Below the pieces are notes generated by a model. That model saw only the letters and a list, made by a program, of their open reading frames with translations. It ran no database searches and was not told where the DNA came from. From NCBI GenBank assembly GCA_963666515.2, contig OY762897.2, positions 3,488,001 to 3,552,000 of the forward strand: a stretch of 64,000 nt of DNA, written 5' to 3'. Below, in pieces: positions 19,228 through 30,576 of this stretch (positions are counted from its first letter, which is position 1; every line of letters starts with the position of its first letter). A program made the translations under genes and the position numbers. This stretch comes from Candidatus Binatia bacterium (GTDB lineage: Bacteria > Desulfobacterota > Binatia > UBA9968 > JAJDTQ01).

Positions 19228-20580
19228 CTAACGCCGTTCCTCCGGGATCAGGCCGCGGGGCGCGAAGCGCAGCGCCAGCAGCAGCACCAGCCCCATGACC
19301 ACCAGGCGCATATGGGCGGCGCTCTGCATGAGGTGGTTGCGGACCGGGCTGTCCGGGGACAGCGGCGAGGTGATGATTTCCATCAGCCACAGGCCCAGGG
19401 GCTCGGCTTCGACCCAGAAGTACCACACCACGAAGCCGCCCAGGACGGCGCCCCAGTTGTTGCCGGAGCCGCCGACGATGACCATGACCGAGACCAGGAA
19501 GGTGAAGCGCAGCGGGTGGTACGTGATGGGCGTGAACTGTCCGTCCAGGGTCGCCAGCATGGCGCCGGCGACGCCGATCACCGCCGAACCCAGCACGAAG
19601 ACCTGCAGGTGCCGGGCGGTGACGTGCTTGCCCATGGCCGCGGCCGCGGTCTCGTTGTCCCGGATGGCCCGCATCATCCGTCCCCAGGGCGCCCGCAACG
19701 CCGCTTCGGACAGCCACAGCAGGACCGCCAGCACCAGGACGAAGAGCCCCGCGTAGCAGAGCTTCACCACGATGGACGACAGGTCCACCTGCGACACCCC
19801 CAGGCTTGCGGCCCACTCCCGGAACCACGCGGCGTTCTGCAGGTCCACCTCGTAGGGCACCGGACGGGGCAGGCCGGTGACGTTCTTGACCCCCCGCGCG
19901 AGCCACTCCTCGTACTTCAGGAAGGCGACGATGATCTCGGAGATGCCCAGGGTGGCGATGGCGAGGTAATCGGAACGGAGGCCGAGGCTGATCTTGCCAG
20001 CGGCCCAGGCCGCCCCCGCGGCCAGCACGCCGCCCACGAACCAGGAAAGGACGATGGGAAGGCCGAAGCCGCCGAGGTAGCCGGTCCTGGACGGATCCAC
20101 CGCCTCGATGGCCCGCACCGCGGGCTCGAACACGGCTCGGGCGGCGAAGTAGCCGCCGGCCACCACCAGGGCCACGGCCAGCTTGCGCCAGGCCGGGTGT
20201 CGGACCCGCCGGTAGACCATCACCGCGGCCGCCGCGGCGAGCAGCCCCATCGCCAGCGCCGCCACCACGCCGGCGCCGCCGGCCTGCCACGCCGCGGTCA
20301 CCGGCGGCATGGAGACCAGCACCCCCGCCAGCCCGCCCAAGGCAGCGAAGCCCATGACGCCGGCGTTGAACAGGCCGGCGTAGCCCCACTGGATGTTCAC
20401 CCCCAGGGTCATGATGGCCGAGATCAGGCACAGGTTCAGGATGGCGAGCGCCAGCGACCAGCTCTGCGCCACACCCACGAGGCAGATGAGCGCCGCCATG
20501 GCGGCGAACAGGGCCGTCTTGCGGGGAGGCCGCAGCGTCCGGCCGACGCGGACCGGCAAGGGCGCGGGACCTTCGCTCAT
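19228..20580 (-). CDS. livM: Branched-chain amino acid-type ABC transporter permease (set 2)
   Basis: Starts MSEGPAP; GVNIQWGYAGLFNAG, LRSDYLAIATLG, RAIRDNETAA. Confidence 0.87.
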   Translation of the reverse strand: MSEGPAPLPVRVGRTLRPPRKTALFAAMAALICLVGVAQSWSLALAILNLCLISAIMTLGVNIQWGYAGLFNAGVMGFAALGGLAGVLVSMPPVTAAWQAGGAGVVAALAMGLLAAAAAVMVYRRVRHPAWRKLAVALVVAGGYFAARAVFEPAVRAIEAVDPSRTGYLGGFGLPIVLSWFVGGVLAAGAAWAAGKISLGLRSDYLAIATLGISEIIVAFLKYEEWLARGVKNVTGLPRPVPYEVDLQNAAWFREWAASLGVSQVDLSSIVVKLCYAGLFVLVLAVLLWLSEAALRAPWGRMMRAIRDNETAAAAMGKHVTARHLQVFVLGSAVIGVAGAMLATLDGQFTPITYHPLRFTFLVSVMVIVGGSGNNWGAVLGGFVVWYFWVEAEPLGLWLMEIITSPLSPDSPVRNHLMQSAAHMRLVVMGLVLLLALRFAPRGLIPEERR

Positions 20581-21590
20581 GACGACTTCCCGCTGAAGAC
20601 CCCGGTGGGCTTCACCAGCAGCACCACCACCAGGATGAAGAACGACACGGCGAACTTGTAGTCGGTGGACAGGAACTGCACCAAGCCGTCCGGCCGCCAG
20701 CCCTCCGGTCCCAGGTAGGCCAGGAACTTCCGGTAGGGATAGGTGAGCAGGACCTCGGAGAAGGCCACCACGAAGCCGCCGACGATGGCGCCCAGCGGGT
20801 TGCCGAGGCCGCCGACGATGGCCGCGGCGAAGATGGGCAGCAGCAGCGACAGGAAGGTGAACGGCTTGAAGCTCTTGTCGAGGCCGTACAGCGTGCCCGC
20901 CACCGCGGCGAGGGCGCCGACGATGAGCCAGGTGACCGCCACTACCCGCTCCGGGCTGACGCCGGACAGCAGCGCCAGGTCCTCGTTGTCCGAGAACGCG
21001 CGCATGGACTTGCCGGTGCGCGTCCTCTCGAGGAACCAGAAGAGCGCCGCCACCAGCACCACCGCCACCACCACGCTGAGGGTCTGGGTGGTCTTGATGG
21101 CGAGGCCCTCGGACAGCCCGGTGAACGCCTTGAACTCCCGCACCGTGAGCAGGAAACGGGCGCCGTCGGTGAAGACCCGGTCGGCGGGGCCGACGACGAA
21201 GCGGATGAGGCCGTTGATGACGAACATCACTCCCACGGACACCACCAGCAGCATCACCGGCGGCGCCTTGGTGCGCCGGTAGAACCGGAAGACCCAGCGG
21301 TCCGTCAGCACGCACAGCCCGGCGGTGACCGCCATGCCCGCGGGCAGCGCCAGCAGCGCCGTGGGCAGCGGCCCGAGGCCCACGCCCCAGGATTGCAGCA
21401 GCCAAGTGCCGAGGATGGTGATCATGGCGCCGAACGCCATGATCTCGCCGTGGGCGAAGTTGGAGAAGCGCAGGACGCCGTACACCAGCGTGACCCCCAG
21501 CGCGCCCAGGGCGAGCTGGCAGCCGTAGGCGGTGGCCGGGACCACCAGGAAATTGCTCAGGAGCACCACCGCGTTGACGACGTCTTCCAA
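20577..21590 (-). CDS. livH: Branched-chain amino acid-type ABC transporter permease (set 2)
   Basis: LGVTLVYGVLRFSNFAHG, FAAAIVGGLG. Confidence 0.88.
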   Translation of the reverse strand: MEDVVNAVVLLSNFLVVPATAYGCQLALGALGVTLVYGVLRFSNFAHGEIMAFGAMITILGTWLLQSWGVGLGPLPTALLALPAGMAVTAGLCVLTDRWVFRFYRRTKAPPVMLLVVSVGVMFVINGLIRFVVGPADRVFTDGARFLLTVREFKAFTGLSEGLAIKTTQTLSVVVAVVLVAALFWFLERTRTGKSMRAFSDNEDLALLSGVSPERVVAVTWLIVGALAAVAGTLYGLDKSFKPFTFLSLLLPIFAAAIVGGLGNPLGAIVGGFVVAFSEVLLTYPYRKFLAYLGPEGWRPDGLVQFLSTDYKFAVSFFILVVVLLVKPTGVFSGKSS

Positions 21591-21593
21591 CGG

Positions 21594-22294
21594 TCATCCT
21601 CCGAGAAACGACTTGCGGACCTCGGGGTTGGCCAGCAGCGTCTGACCGGTGCCGGTAAAGCGGTTGCGGCCCTGCACCAGCACGTAGCCCTTGTCCGCCA
21701 GCTCCAGGGCCTGGCGCGCGTTCTGCTCCACGATGAGGACGGCAACGCCGCTGCGGGCGATGTCGAGGATGCGCTCGAACAGTTCGTGGGTGACGATGGG
21801 CGACACGCCGGCGCTGGGCTCGTCGAGCATGAGCACGCGGGGCCGGTTCATCAGCGCCCGGCCGATGGCCACCTGCTGGCGCTGGCCGCCGGACAGCTCG
21901 CCGGCGGGCTGACGGCGCTTGTCCCGGAGCGCCGGGAACAGCCCGTAGACTTCGTCCAGGGTGCCGGAGATGTCGTCGTCCCGGACGAACGCGCCCATCT
22001 CCAGGTTCTCGTGGACGGTCATGGAGCGGAACACGTTGTCCGTCTGCGGCACGAACCCCATGCCCTTGCGCGCCCGCGCCTGGGGCGCCAGCGCGGTGAT
22101 GTCCTCGCCGTCCAGGCGCACCGCGCCCGAACGGAGCTGCAACAGGCCGAAGAGCGCCTTCATGGCCGTGGACTTCCCGGCGCCGTTGGGACCCACCACC
22201 ACGGTGATCTCGCCGCGCTCCGCGGCGATGGCGCAGCCCCGCAGGATGTCCGGGCCGCCGTAGCCGCCGGTCAGCTCCTCGCCTACCAGCAGGC

Positions 22295-22298
<4 letters not shown>
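21594..22298 (-). CDS. livF: ABC transporter ATP-binding protein (set 2)
   Basis: Starts MSLLVGEELTGGYG; GPNGAGKST, LSGGQRQQVA, DEPSAGVSP. Confidence 0.88.
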
Positions 22299-23077
<779 letters not shown>

Positions 23078-23148
23078 CGGCGTGGCTGGGCATGCGGCGG
23101 GAAGGGCCGAAGCCCTTCCCGCCGCGGACTGCCGGACTGTCTGCGAGG

Positions 23149-24339
23149 CTACCGGTACTTGACCGTCTCGAACTTGCCGCCCTTGATGACGATCTGGCGG
23201 TAGCTGCCGGCGCTCTCACCCGGTCCGATCAGCTCCACCGCAGAGGCGCCGACGTAGTCCACGTCGCCGCCGCCGGCGAGGATCTTGAGCGCCTTGGCCA
23301 GCTCGCCCGGATAGATCTTCTCGCCGGGAGCGTTGGCCACCGACATCACCTTGTCCTTGAGCTTGCCGCTCTCGGTGGACTTGGACGCCTGCATGGCCAG
23401 CATGATCAGGGCGGCCGCGTCATACGATTCGCCCACGAAGGGGGAGTCCGCCTTGACGTTGGCCGCCTTGGCGAGATCCATGAACCTGGCCGCTCCCGGA
23501 CTGTCGGTGCCGGGATGGGCGCCGATGGAGCCTTCGAGGCCCTTGCCGATGGCCTTGACGATGGTATCGCCGATCATGCCGTCGGGCAGGTAGAACTTGT
23601 CGAAGGCGCCGGTGTCGAGGGCGCCCTGGATGATGCCCTTGCCGCCCTGGTCGAGGTAGCCGGCCACGATCAGGATGTCGCCGCCCGCGGCCGCCAGCGC
23701 CGCCACTTCGGCGCTGTAGTCGCCCTTGCCGTCCTCATGGGGCGCGGAGATCGTGATCTTGCCGCCGCGCTTCTTCACGTTGGCGGCGATGCTGTCCGCC
23801 AGACCCTTGCCGTAGTCGTTGTTGGTGTAGGTCAGCGCGGCCTCCTTGATCCCCGCCTCTTTCAGGATGTCCGCGACCACCTCGCCCTGGCGGGCGTCGG
23901 ACGGCGCGGTGCGGAAGAACAGGCCGTTGTCCTCGATGGTGGACAGGGACGGCGAGGTGGCCGACGGCGAGATCATCACGATGCCGTTGGGCTTGGCCAC
24001 GTTCTTGAGCATGGCGGTGGTGACGCCCGAACAGTCGCCGCCGACGATGGCGTTCACCTTGTCCGAGGTCACGATCCGCTCGGTGGCCGCCGACCCGGCC
24101 GCGGCGTCGCCGCAGGTGGAATCGGCGCGCACGGAGACGACTTTCGTGCCGCCGAGCAGCGCCCCGCTGTCGCTGACTTCCTTCATCGCCATCTCGGCGC
24201 CGGCCGCCATGGCCGGGGTCAGCGACTCGATGGGTCCGGTATAGCCGAAGACCACCCCCAGCTTGACGTCGGCGGCCAAGGCCGCTCCCGCCAGCGTGGA
24301 AACGAAAAGGAACAGAGTACCGGCAATCAGCTTTCTCAT
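23149..24339 (-). CDS. ABC transporter substrate-binding protein (LivK-like, set 2)
   Basis: Signal peptide; ISPSATSP, FFRTAPSDARQG, NNDYGKG. Confidence 0.88.
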   Translation of the reverse strand: MRKLIAGTLFLFVSTLAGAALAADVKLGVVFGYTGPIESLTPAMAAGAEMAMKEVSDSGALLGGTKVVSVRADSTCGDAAAGSAATERIVTSDKVNAIVGGDCSGVTTAMLKNVAKPNGIVMISPSATSPSLSTIEDNGLFFRTAPSDARQGEVVADILKEAGIKEAALTYTNNDYGKGLADSIAANVKKRGGKITISAPHEDGKGDYSAEVAALAAAGGDILIVAGYLDQGGKGIIQGALDTGAFDKFYLPDGMIGDTIVKAIGKGLEGSIGAHPGTDSPGAARFMDLAKAANVKADSPFVGESYDAAALIMLAMQASKSTESGKLKDKVMSVANAPGEKIYPGELAKALKILAGGGDVDYVGASAVELIGPGESAGSYRQIVIKGGKFETVKYR

Positions 24340-24439
24340 GGCTTCCTCCCTTCAGGCCGTTTTTCAGGCACACCCCGTTGGAACTCCCTTGAACCCGATC
24401 GTACGCCCATCTGACGTTTATCGTATGCCCATTCCCGTT

Positions 24440-25882
24440 TCAGATCAAAGGGTCCTGAAGCTGCTTCACCCCGTTGAGCGCCGCGATCTTGTAGGCCTCG
24501 CCCATTGTGGGGAAGTTGAACACGTTGTCGATGAAGTAGTCGATGGTGCCGTTGTAGCTCATCACCGCCTGCCCGACGTGGATCAGCTCGCTGGCCTGAT
24601 CGCCGATGATGTGCACGCCCATCAGGTGCCTGCCGTTGGGCTCGAACAGCAGCGCCAGCATGCCGTGCGGGTCGCCGATGATGCCGGCCTTGGTCACCTC
24701 CTCGTAGGTGGCCACGCCCTTGGCGTAGGGGATGCCCTTGTCGTCCAGCTCCTGCTGCGTATAGCCCACCATGGCGATCTCCGGGATGGTGTAGACGCAC
24801 ATGGGGAAGGGGGCCTTGCGCCCGCCCGCCCGGCGCCCCAGGGCGTAGCTGGCGGCCATGCGGCCCTGCTCGCTGCTGGTGGACGCCAGCGCCGGAAAGC
24901 CGACGACGTCGCCGGCGGCGTAGATGCTCGGGACCGAGGTCTGGAACAGCTCGTTGACCTTGATGAGGCCGTGCTCGGTGGTCTCCACGCCCACGTCCTC
25001 CAGCCCCAGCACCTTGGAAGCCACCTCGCGGCCGCTGGCCACGATCACCGCGTCCGCCTCCAGAACCCGGCCGTCGGCGAGGGTCACCCGCGCCCTGTCC
25101 TCCTCCCCGGACATCCGCTCGATCCGGTCGTACCACGTGCCCCAGACGAACTCGACGCCGTAGTCTTCCATGCGCCGGACCAGCATGTCCACGATGGAGC
25201 GTTCGGCGAAGGTCAGGAAAGTACGGTCCCGCTGGATCAGCGACACCTTGCAGCCCAGCACCGCGAACGCCGAGCCGTATTCCGCGCCGATGACGCCGGC
25301 GCCCACGACGATCACCGATTCCGGCAGAGTCGTGCGCTTGAACTCCAGCGTGAACACGGAGTCGGAGTCGAAGATGACCTCGTTGTCGATGGGTATGTCG
25401 GGCACGAAGCGGGGCCTCGACCCCGCGGCGATGATGATCTTGTCCGCCTTCAGGGTCATGGAATCCATGGGATTCCTGAGCACCCAGGCGTGCACCGAGT
25501 TGGGACCGTCCAGGGTGGCGTGGTAGCCGCGGAAGACGTCGATCCGGTTGCGGTCGCGGTAGACCTGCAGCCGCTCCTCCATCGCCGCCACCCGCCGCTC
25601 CACCACTTTCCGCACCCGGACGAACAGGTCCGACAGGGTGATGTCTTTCTTTTCCGTGAAGTCGGTGCCGTAGAAGGGGCGCTGGCGCACCCCGCGCAAG
25701 TAGATGATGGCCTCGCGCAAGGTCTTGCTGGGGATGGTGCCGGAAAGGAGCGTGATGCCGCCCAGCGTCTCCTGCCGCTCCAGGACGGCGACTCTGGCGC
25801 CCAACTCACACGCCTGAATGGCGGCCGTGTAGCCTGCAGGACCGCTGCCGATGACGATGACGTTGTAGTCGAAAGCCTGCAT
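24440..25882 (-). CDS. sthA: Soluble Si-specific NAD(P)+ transhydrogenase
   Basis: GSGPAG, GTIPSKTLREA, GAGVIGAEY, GDVVGFPALAS, VFNFPTMGEAYKIAALNG; no redox-active CxxxxC, as expected for SthA. Confidence 0.88.
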   Translation of the reverse strand: MQAFDYNVIVIGSGPAGYTAAIQACELGARVAVLERQETLGGITLLSGTIPSKTLREAIIYLRGVRQRPFYGTDFTEKKDITLSDLFVRVRKVVERRVAAMEERLQVYRDRNRIDVFRGYHATLDGPNSVHAWVLRNPMDSMTLKADKIIIAAGSRPRFVPDIPIDNEVIFDSDSVFTLEFKRTTLPESVIVVGAGVIGAEYGSAFAVLGCKVSLIQRDRTFLTFAERSIVDMLVRRMEDYGVEFVWGTWYDRIERMSGEEDRARVTLADGRVLEADAVIVASGREVASKVLGLEDVGVETTEHGLIKVNELFQTSVPSIYAAGDVVGFPALASTSSEQGRMAASYALGRRAGGRKAPFPMCVYTIPEIAMVGYTQQELDDKGIPYAKGVATYEEVTKAGIIGDPHGMLALLFEPNGRHLMGVHIIGDQASELIHVGQAVMSYNGTIDYFIDNVFNFPTMGEAYKIAALNGVKQLQDPLI

Positions 25883-25964
25883 GGATGCCGTGTCCGCGCC
25901 GTTCAAGAAACTCCATAGCAGATAGCGCGCCGATATGACACGGATACGGCCCGGAAGGGCCGGG

Positions 25965-26714
25965 CTACGGCGCGTTCAGGGCGCGGTAGACCAGCATGAG
26001 CCCGGTGAACACCAGCAGCACGAGGACGGCGCGGTTGAAGGTCTGCTGGCGGATGCGGTCCTGCGCCTTGAGGCCCAGGTAGAAGCTCGCCAGGATGAAC
26101 GCGGTGACGAACAGCGAGAGCTTCAGCGCCTCCGCGGTGAACAGGCCCCAGGTGGAGACGGCGATCACCTGCCAGAACTTGGCCATGATCATCGCCGTGG
26201 AGATGGCCTTCACGAAGTCGGCCTTGTCGAGCCGGAGGCCGTGGAGGTAGAGCGCCATCACCGGCCCCATGGTGTTGGTCAAGCCGAGAAAGAACCCGCC
26301 CACGAATCCCATCACCGGCGACATGAACCTCTCCGCGCGCGCGGGCGTGTCGAGGGTGAACGCGAACAGCCCGGCCCCCGAAAAGAGGATGACGACCGTC
26401 CCCAGGATCAGGTTCAGCACCCACAGGGGGAGCTGGGTCAGCTCCCAGGTGCCCAGGAACACACCCGCCAGCGCGAACAGGAACATGGACGAGAAGCGCC
26501 GCAGGGTGGCGGTGGGGATGCCGCGGCGGAACATCAGGCCCAGGTCCATCACCACGCTGGGAAGCAGCAGCACGACGATGGCCATGCGGATGTCGAGCAG
26601 CAGCGTCAGCATGGGGGTGGCGATGAGCGGGAACCCCATGCCGGTGGCGCCCTTGACGAAGCCCGCGAAGAAGATGGCCGCAGCCACGAGGGCGAGGGTG
26701 GGGTCAAGGGTCAC
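25965..26714 (-). CDS. TauE/SafE-family sulfite/organosulfonate exporter
   Basis: AGFVKGATGMGFPLI, GFVGGFFLG, multiple hydrophobic segments. Confidence 0.85.
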   Translation of the reverse strand: MTLDPTLALVAAAIFFAGFVKGATGMGFPLIATPMLTLLLDIRMAIVVLLLPSVVMDLGLMFRRGIPTATLRRFSSMFLFALAGVFLGTWELTQLPLWVLNLILGTVVILFSGAGLFAFTLDTPARAERFMSPVMGFVGGFFLGLTNTMGPVMALYLHGLRLDKADFVKAISTAMIMAKFWQVIAVSTWGLFTAEALKLSLFVTAFILASFYLGLKAQDRIRQQTFNRAVLVLLVFTGLMLVYRALNAP

Positions 26715-26717
26715 GAA

Positions 26718-28346
26718 TCAAGGCTTCCACCGCTTCTGCACGTCCTGCAGCCGCTCGCCCCGTTCCACGGGCACGGCGCGCTCGTCCAGCTTGGCGCCGA
26801 TGCGGTGGTGCTCGCCCTGGACCGCCAGGGCGGCCTCGTCGTCCAGCTCCGGCGGCCACAGGCCCAGGGAGTAGCCGTGCCAGGGGTTGCCGTACTTCAG
26901 TTCCGGCATCCCCAGCTCGTCCCAGAGCTTCCGCGCCCGCTCCATGTACTCCCGGGTGGGCAGCGACACCGGCGGGAACTCGGCCTTCTTGGTGGCGTCG
27001 ATGAGCAGGGAGGAGTCCTCGCTGTCGTAGTCGCCGGCGTGGCCGTGCAGGCGCACCAGGTTGATGGGCGAGTGCACGGTCTGGCGGCCCTCGATGATGC
27101 GCACGTCCTTGTGCGGCTGCGAGCGGTGGCAGATGGCCCAGTTGACCGCGGCGAAGTTCTCCGGGTCGATGTCGTCGTCCACCGCGATCACCACCTTGCC
27201 CAAGTCGTAGCGGAAGCCCAGCACCGCCATCATGGCCTGCCACGGGTCCAGCTTGTGGGTCTTGCGCATCTGCACCACCACGAACTGGCGCAGGTTCACC
27301 AGCGGCTCGTGCATGCCCACCCGAACCACGCTCTTGAGGTTGCAGTGGTTGCGCAGATGGTCCAGCACCAGCGATTCCCAGCCCCGGTGCTTGATCTTGC
27401 TGCTCTCGCTGGGCGTCACCTGGCTGAGCACGCCCACATAGTGGGGGTTCCTGCGGTGCGTGATGCAGGTCACCTCGAACACCGGGCTCAGGCTGCGCGG
27501 GTCCATGTAGCCGTGGGACTCGCCGAAGGGGCCTTCGGGCTCCAGCACGTCGGTGCGGATGTAGCCCTCGATGACGATCTCGGCGTTGGCCGGCACCTCC
27601 AGGTCCACGGTTTCGCACTTCACCAGCGGCATGGGCCGGCCCAGGATGGCGCCGGCCACCCCCAACTCGTCCACCCCGTAGGCGATCTTCTGCACCGCCA
27701 CGTAGGAGAGGCACGGCACCGCGCCGATGACCCCGGCCGCGGGCAGCGGTTGTCCCAGGGCGCTGGCCTTGTTCCAGTGGATGGCCAGGTCCTGCTGGGC
27801 GCTGATGAGGTAGACGCCGGTCTTGGTGGGGGACTTGATCTGGCCGCGGTAGTTGCCGACGTTGCGGATGCCGGTGTCCGGGTCCTTGGTGATCCAATGG
27901 CAGGCGGTGAAGTACGGCCCGTTGTCGAACCCCGGCGTCGAGATGGGCACCGGGAACTCGTCGAGGCCGCCGTGCTCCAGCAGCCCGTCGCCGACGTGGA
28001 TCTCCTCCTTGACCGGGCCCGTCTCCACCAGCTCCGGCGCCAGCGGCGCGGCCACCGCCGCCGACCACTTCTCGAAGCTCTTGCCCGGCTCGCAGCCCAT
28101 GCCCAGGGCGTAGATGGCCTCGTTGGACGCCAGCGCCCCCAGCACCACCGGGGTCTCGTAGCGCCGCCCCTTGGCGTCCACCACGTTCTCGAACAGGAAC
28201 GCCTTGCGCTCGTGGTCCGGCAACCCCAGGAACTGCCACCGCACCAGCGGATGCAGCTCCGTGTCCTTGTCTACCGGCGCAGCCACCCGCGTGAGCAGGC
28301 CCTGGCGGTCGAGGAGGTCGAGGTATTCTCGGAGGTCGTGGTACAT
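26718..28346 (-). CDS. UbiD-family prFMN-dependent (de)carboxylase
   Basis: DLREYL, NVGNYRG, VPANAEIVIEG, EGPFGE, VDDDIDP, LLIDAT. Confidence 0.92.
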   Translation of the reverse strand: MYHDLREYLDLLDRQGLLTRVAAPVDKDTELHPLVRWQFLGLPDHERKAFLFENVVDAKGRRYETPVVLGALASNEAIYALGMGCEPGKSFEKWSAAVAAPLAPELVETGPVKEEIHVGDGLLEHGGLDEFPVPISTPGFDNGPYFTACHWITKDPDTGIRNVGNYRGQIKSPTKTGVYLISAQQDLAIHWNKASALGQPLPAAGVIGAVPCLSYVAVQKIAYGVDELGVAGAILGRPMPLVKCETVDLEVPANAEIVIEGYIRTDVLEPEGPFGESHGYMDPRSLSPVFEVTCITHRRNPHYVGVLSQVTPSESSKIKHRGWESLVLDHLRNHCNLKSVVRVGMHEPLVNLRQFVVVQMRKTHKLDPWQAMMAVLGFRYDLGKVVIAVDDDIDPENFAAVNWAICHRSQPHKDVRIIEGRQTVHSPINLVRLHGHAGDYDSEDSSLLIDATKKAEFPPVSLPTREYMERARKLWDELGMPELKYGNPWHGYSLGLWPPELDDEAALAVQGEHHRIGAKLDERAVPVERGERLQDVQKRWKP

Positions 28347-28620
28347 GGAGAAGAAGTATCCGGCTCAGGCTTGGCTAAGCGGGTTCACACACTTGACGGA
28401 TCGAAAGCGTCCAGTTCACGGTTCTCGCACCGGACTATACGCGATTTTCCGAACCGTGATCAATGGAGGCGGGATCGAGGTTATCTTACCGGCGCCACCC
28501 GGTCACCAGATCCGGTCTTGGCATCCCAACAAGCGCTTGGTAGAAAACCGAAAGGGGGCGCCCCCCTGGCTCTGCCCAAGACGAACGGCGCAAGCCAAAC
28601 GGCACCTGACGAGGGAGTGA

Positions 28621-30174
28621 ATGGCGGAGGAGATCAAGACCTCGGAGCAGAAACTCGCGGAGCTCGAGGCCCACGTCCTCCAGGGCGACGCCCGGGCGGT
28701 GGACAAGCAGCACGGCGAGGGCAAGCTCACCGCCCGGGAGCGCATCGACAGGCTCGTGGACCCGGGCTCCTTCACCGAAGAGTTCATGCTGGCCGAGACC
28801 CAGTGCACGGACTTCGGCATGGCGGAGCGGCGGCAACCCACCGACGGGGTGGTTTGCGGCTTCGCCCGCATCGACGGGCGCCCGGTGTACCTGTTCGCCC
28901 AGGACCGCACGGTGCTGGCGGGGGCGGTGGGCAGCGCCCACGCCGACAAGATCGCCAACGGCATCCGCACCGCCCGCTCGCTCGGGATGCCGTGCATCGG
29001 CCTCTACGACTCGGTGGGCGCGAGGATCCAGGAGGGGCTGAGCGTCACCACCGCCATCGGCCGGATCTTCTTCGAGAACAGTATCGCGTCCGGCGCCGTG
29101 CCGCAGATCTCGGCGGTGATGGGGCCGTGCATCGGCGTGGCCTCCTACTCGCCGGCGCTCACCGACTTCATCCTCATGGTGCGGGGCACCAGCCAGATGT
29201 TCATCACCGGCCCGCCGGTGATCAAGGAGGTGCTGGGGGAAGAGGTGACCATGGAGGAGCTGGGAGGGGCGCACATCCACTCCGAGGTGTCGGGAGTGGC
29301 GGACGTGGTGAGCGCGGACGACGAGGCCTGCCTGGCGCAGATCCGGGAGCTGCTGGGGTTCCTGCCGGCCAACTGCAACGAGCCGCCGCCGCGCCGGGAG
29401 ACGGACGACGACCCCGAGCGGCGCCTCGACGGCATCGAGGAGCTGGTGCCCGACGACAAGCGCAAGCCCTACGACATCGTCAAAGTCATCAAGGCGATGG
29501 TGGACGGCGGGGAGTTCCTGGAGCTGAAGCGCCGGTTCGCGCGCAACCTGGTGATCGGCTTCGGGCGGCTCGACGGCTACCCGGTGGGCTTCGTGGCGAA
29601 CCAGCCCATGTTCCTGGCCGGCAGCCTGGACGTGGACGCCTCCGACAAGGCGGCGCGCTTCATCCGCTTCTGCGACGCCTTCAACATACCCATCGTCACG
29701 CTGATGGACGTGCCGGGGTTCTTTCCGGGCCGGCAGCAGGAGGAGCAGGGCATCATCCGGCACGGCGCCAAGATGCTCTACGCCTACGCCGAGGCCACGG
29801 TGCCCAAGATCACCATCGTGCTGCGCAAGGGCTACGGCGGCGCCAAGCAGGCCATGTGCACCCGCGAGATGGGCGCCGACCAGCTCTGGCTGTGGCCCGG
29901 GGTGGAGCTGGCGGTCATGGGCGGCGGCGGCGCCGTCAACGTGCTTTACCGGCGCGAGATCGCCGCCTCCGACGACCCGGAGCGCACCCGCCGGGAGAAG
30001 ATGGCCGAGTTCAACGAGCGCTTCAACGGCCCCTTCGAGGCCCTGTCCAAGCAGTTCTCCCAGGCCGCCATCCAGCCCGCGGAGACCCGGGCGCGGCTGA
30101 CCCGCACGCTGGCGCTGCTGCGCGAGAAAAAGGAGACCCGGCCCGCCAAGAAGCACGGCGTGATGCCGGTGTAG
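28621..30174 (+). CDS. Acyl-CoA carboxylase carboxyltransferase subunit (PccB/MmdA-like)
   Basis: GKLTARERI, GARIQEG, MFITGPPVIK, RFIRFCDAFNIP, IIRHGAK, KKHGVMPV. Confidence 0.93.
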   Translation: MAEEIKTSEQKLAELEAHVLQGDARAVDKQHGEGKLTARERIDRLVDPGSFTEEFMLAETQCTDFGMAERRQPTDGVVCGFARIDGRPVYLFAQDRTVLAGAVGSAHADKIANGIRTARSLGMPCIGLYDSVGARIQEGLSVTTAIGRIFFENSIASGAVPQISAVMGPCIGVASYSPALTDFILMVRGTSQMFITGPPVIKEVLGEEVTMEELGGAHIHSEVSGVADVVSADDEACLAQIRELLGFLPANCNEPPPRRETDDDPERRLDGIEELVPDDKRKPYDIVKVIKAMVDGGEFLELKRRFARNLVIGFGRLDGYPVGFVANQPMFLAGSLDVDASDKAARFIRFCDAFNIPIVTLMDVPGFFPGRQQEEQGIIRHGAKMLYAYAEATVPKITIVLRKGYGGAKQAMCTREMGADQLWLWPGVELAVMGGGGAVNVLYRREIAASDDPERTRREKMAEFNERFNGPFEALSKQFSQAAIQPAETRARLTRTLALLREKKETRPAKKHGVMPV

Positions 30175-30342
30175 GAAGACGCTGATGAGGTTGTGCGGGC
30201 GCCATCAGGGCGCCATCTTGCTGGCCGGGCTAAAGGAACCAAGTTGCGTGCCGAGTTATCATTGTATGAACGCACTTGACATCGGCGGCGTTTCCTGGTG
30301 CTGTATTTCTGGAACAACCGTCCATCATGGCGGGCCACGACC

Positions 30343-30564
30343 ATGAGCCTGATCGTTTCCGAAGTCTACGATGCCCTGATCGAAGCCGGGAGTTCCCCTG
30401 AGAAGGCAAAGGCCGCGGCCTCCGCCATCCCCGTTACCGAGCACCTGGCGACGAGAGAGGACATCGCAAGACTCGACAAGAAGATCGCGGTTCTCAATAT
30501 CGCGGTGTTCAGCTTCGGCCCGGCCATCCTCGCCTTGCTGGTGAAGCTGACTTTCTTCCCGTAG
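30343..30564 (+). CDS. Small hypothetical membrane-anchored protein (DUF1640/CCDC90-like architecture)
   Basis: EVYDALIEAG...KAKAAA...LATREDI, short coiled coil and C-terminal hydrophobic helix; 73 aa. Confidence 0.65.
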   Translation: MSLIVSEVYDALIEAGSSPEKAKAAASAIPVTEHLATREDIARLDKKIAVLNIAVFSFGPAILALLVKLTFFP

Positions 30565-30576
30565 GTCGGTCAGGCC

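Noticed and set aside
25935-30185. 1416-aa + strand ORF in the track
   Set aside because: Shadow frame: antisense to tauE/ubiD, then out of frame over the carboxyltransferase; no motifs; typical of high-GC DNA
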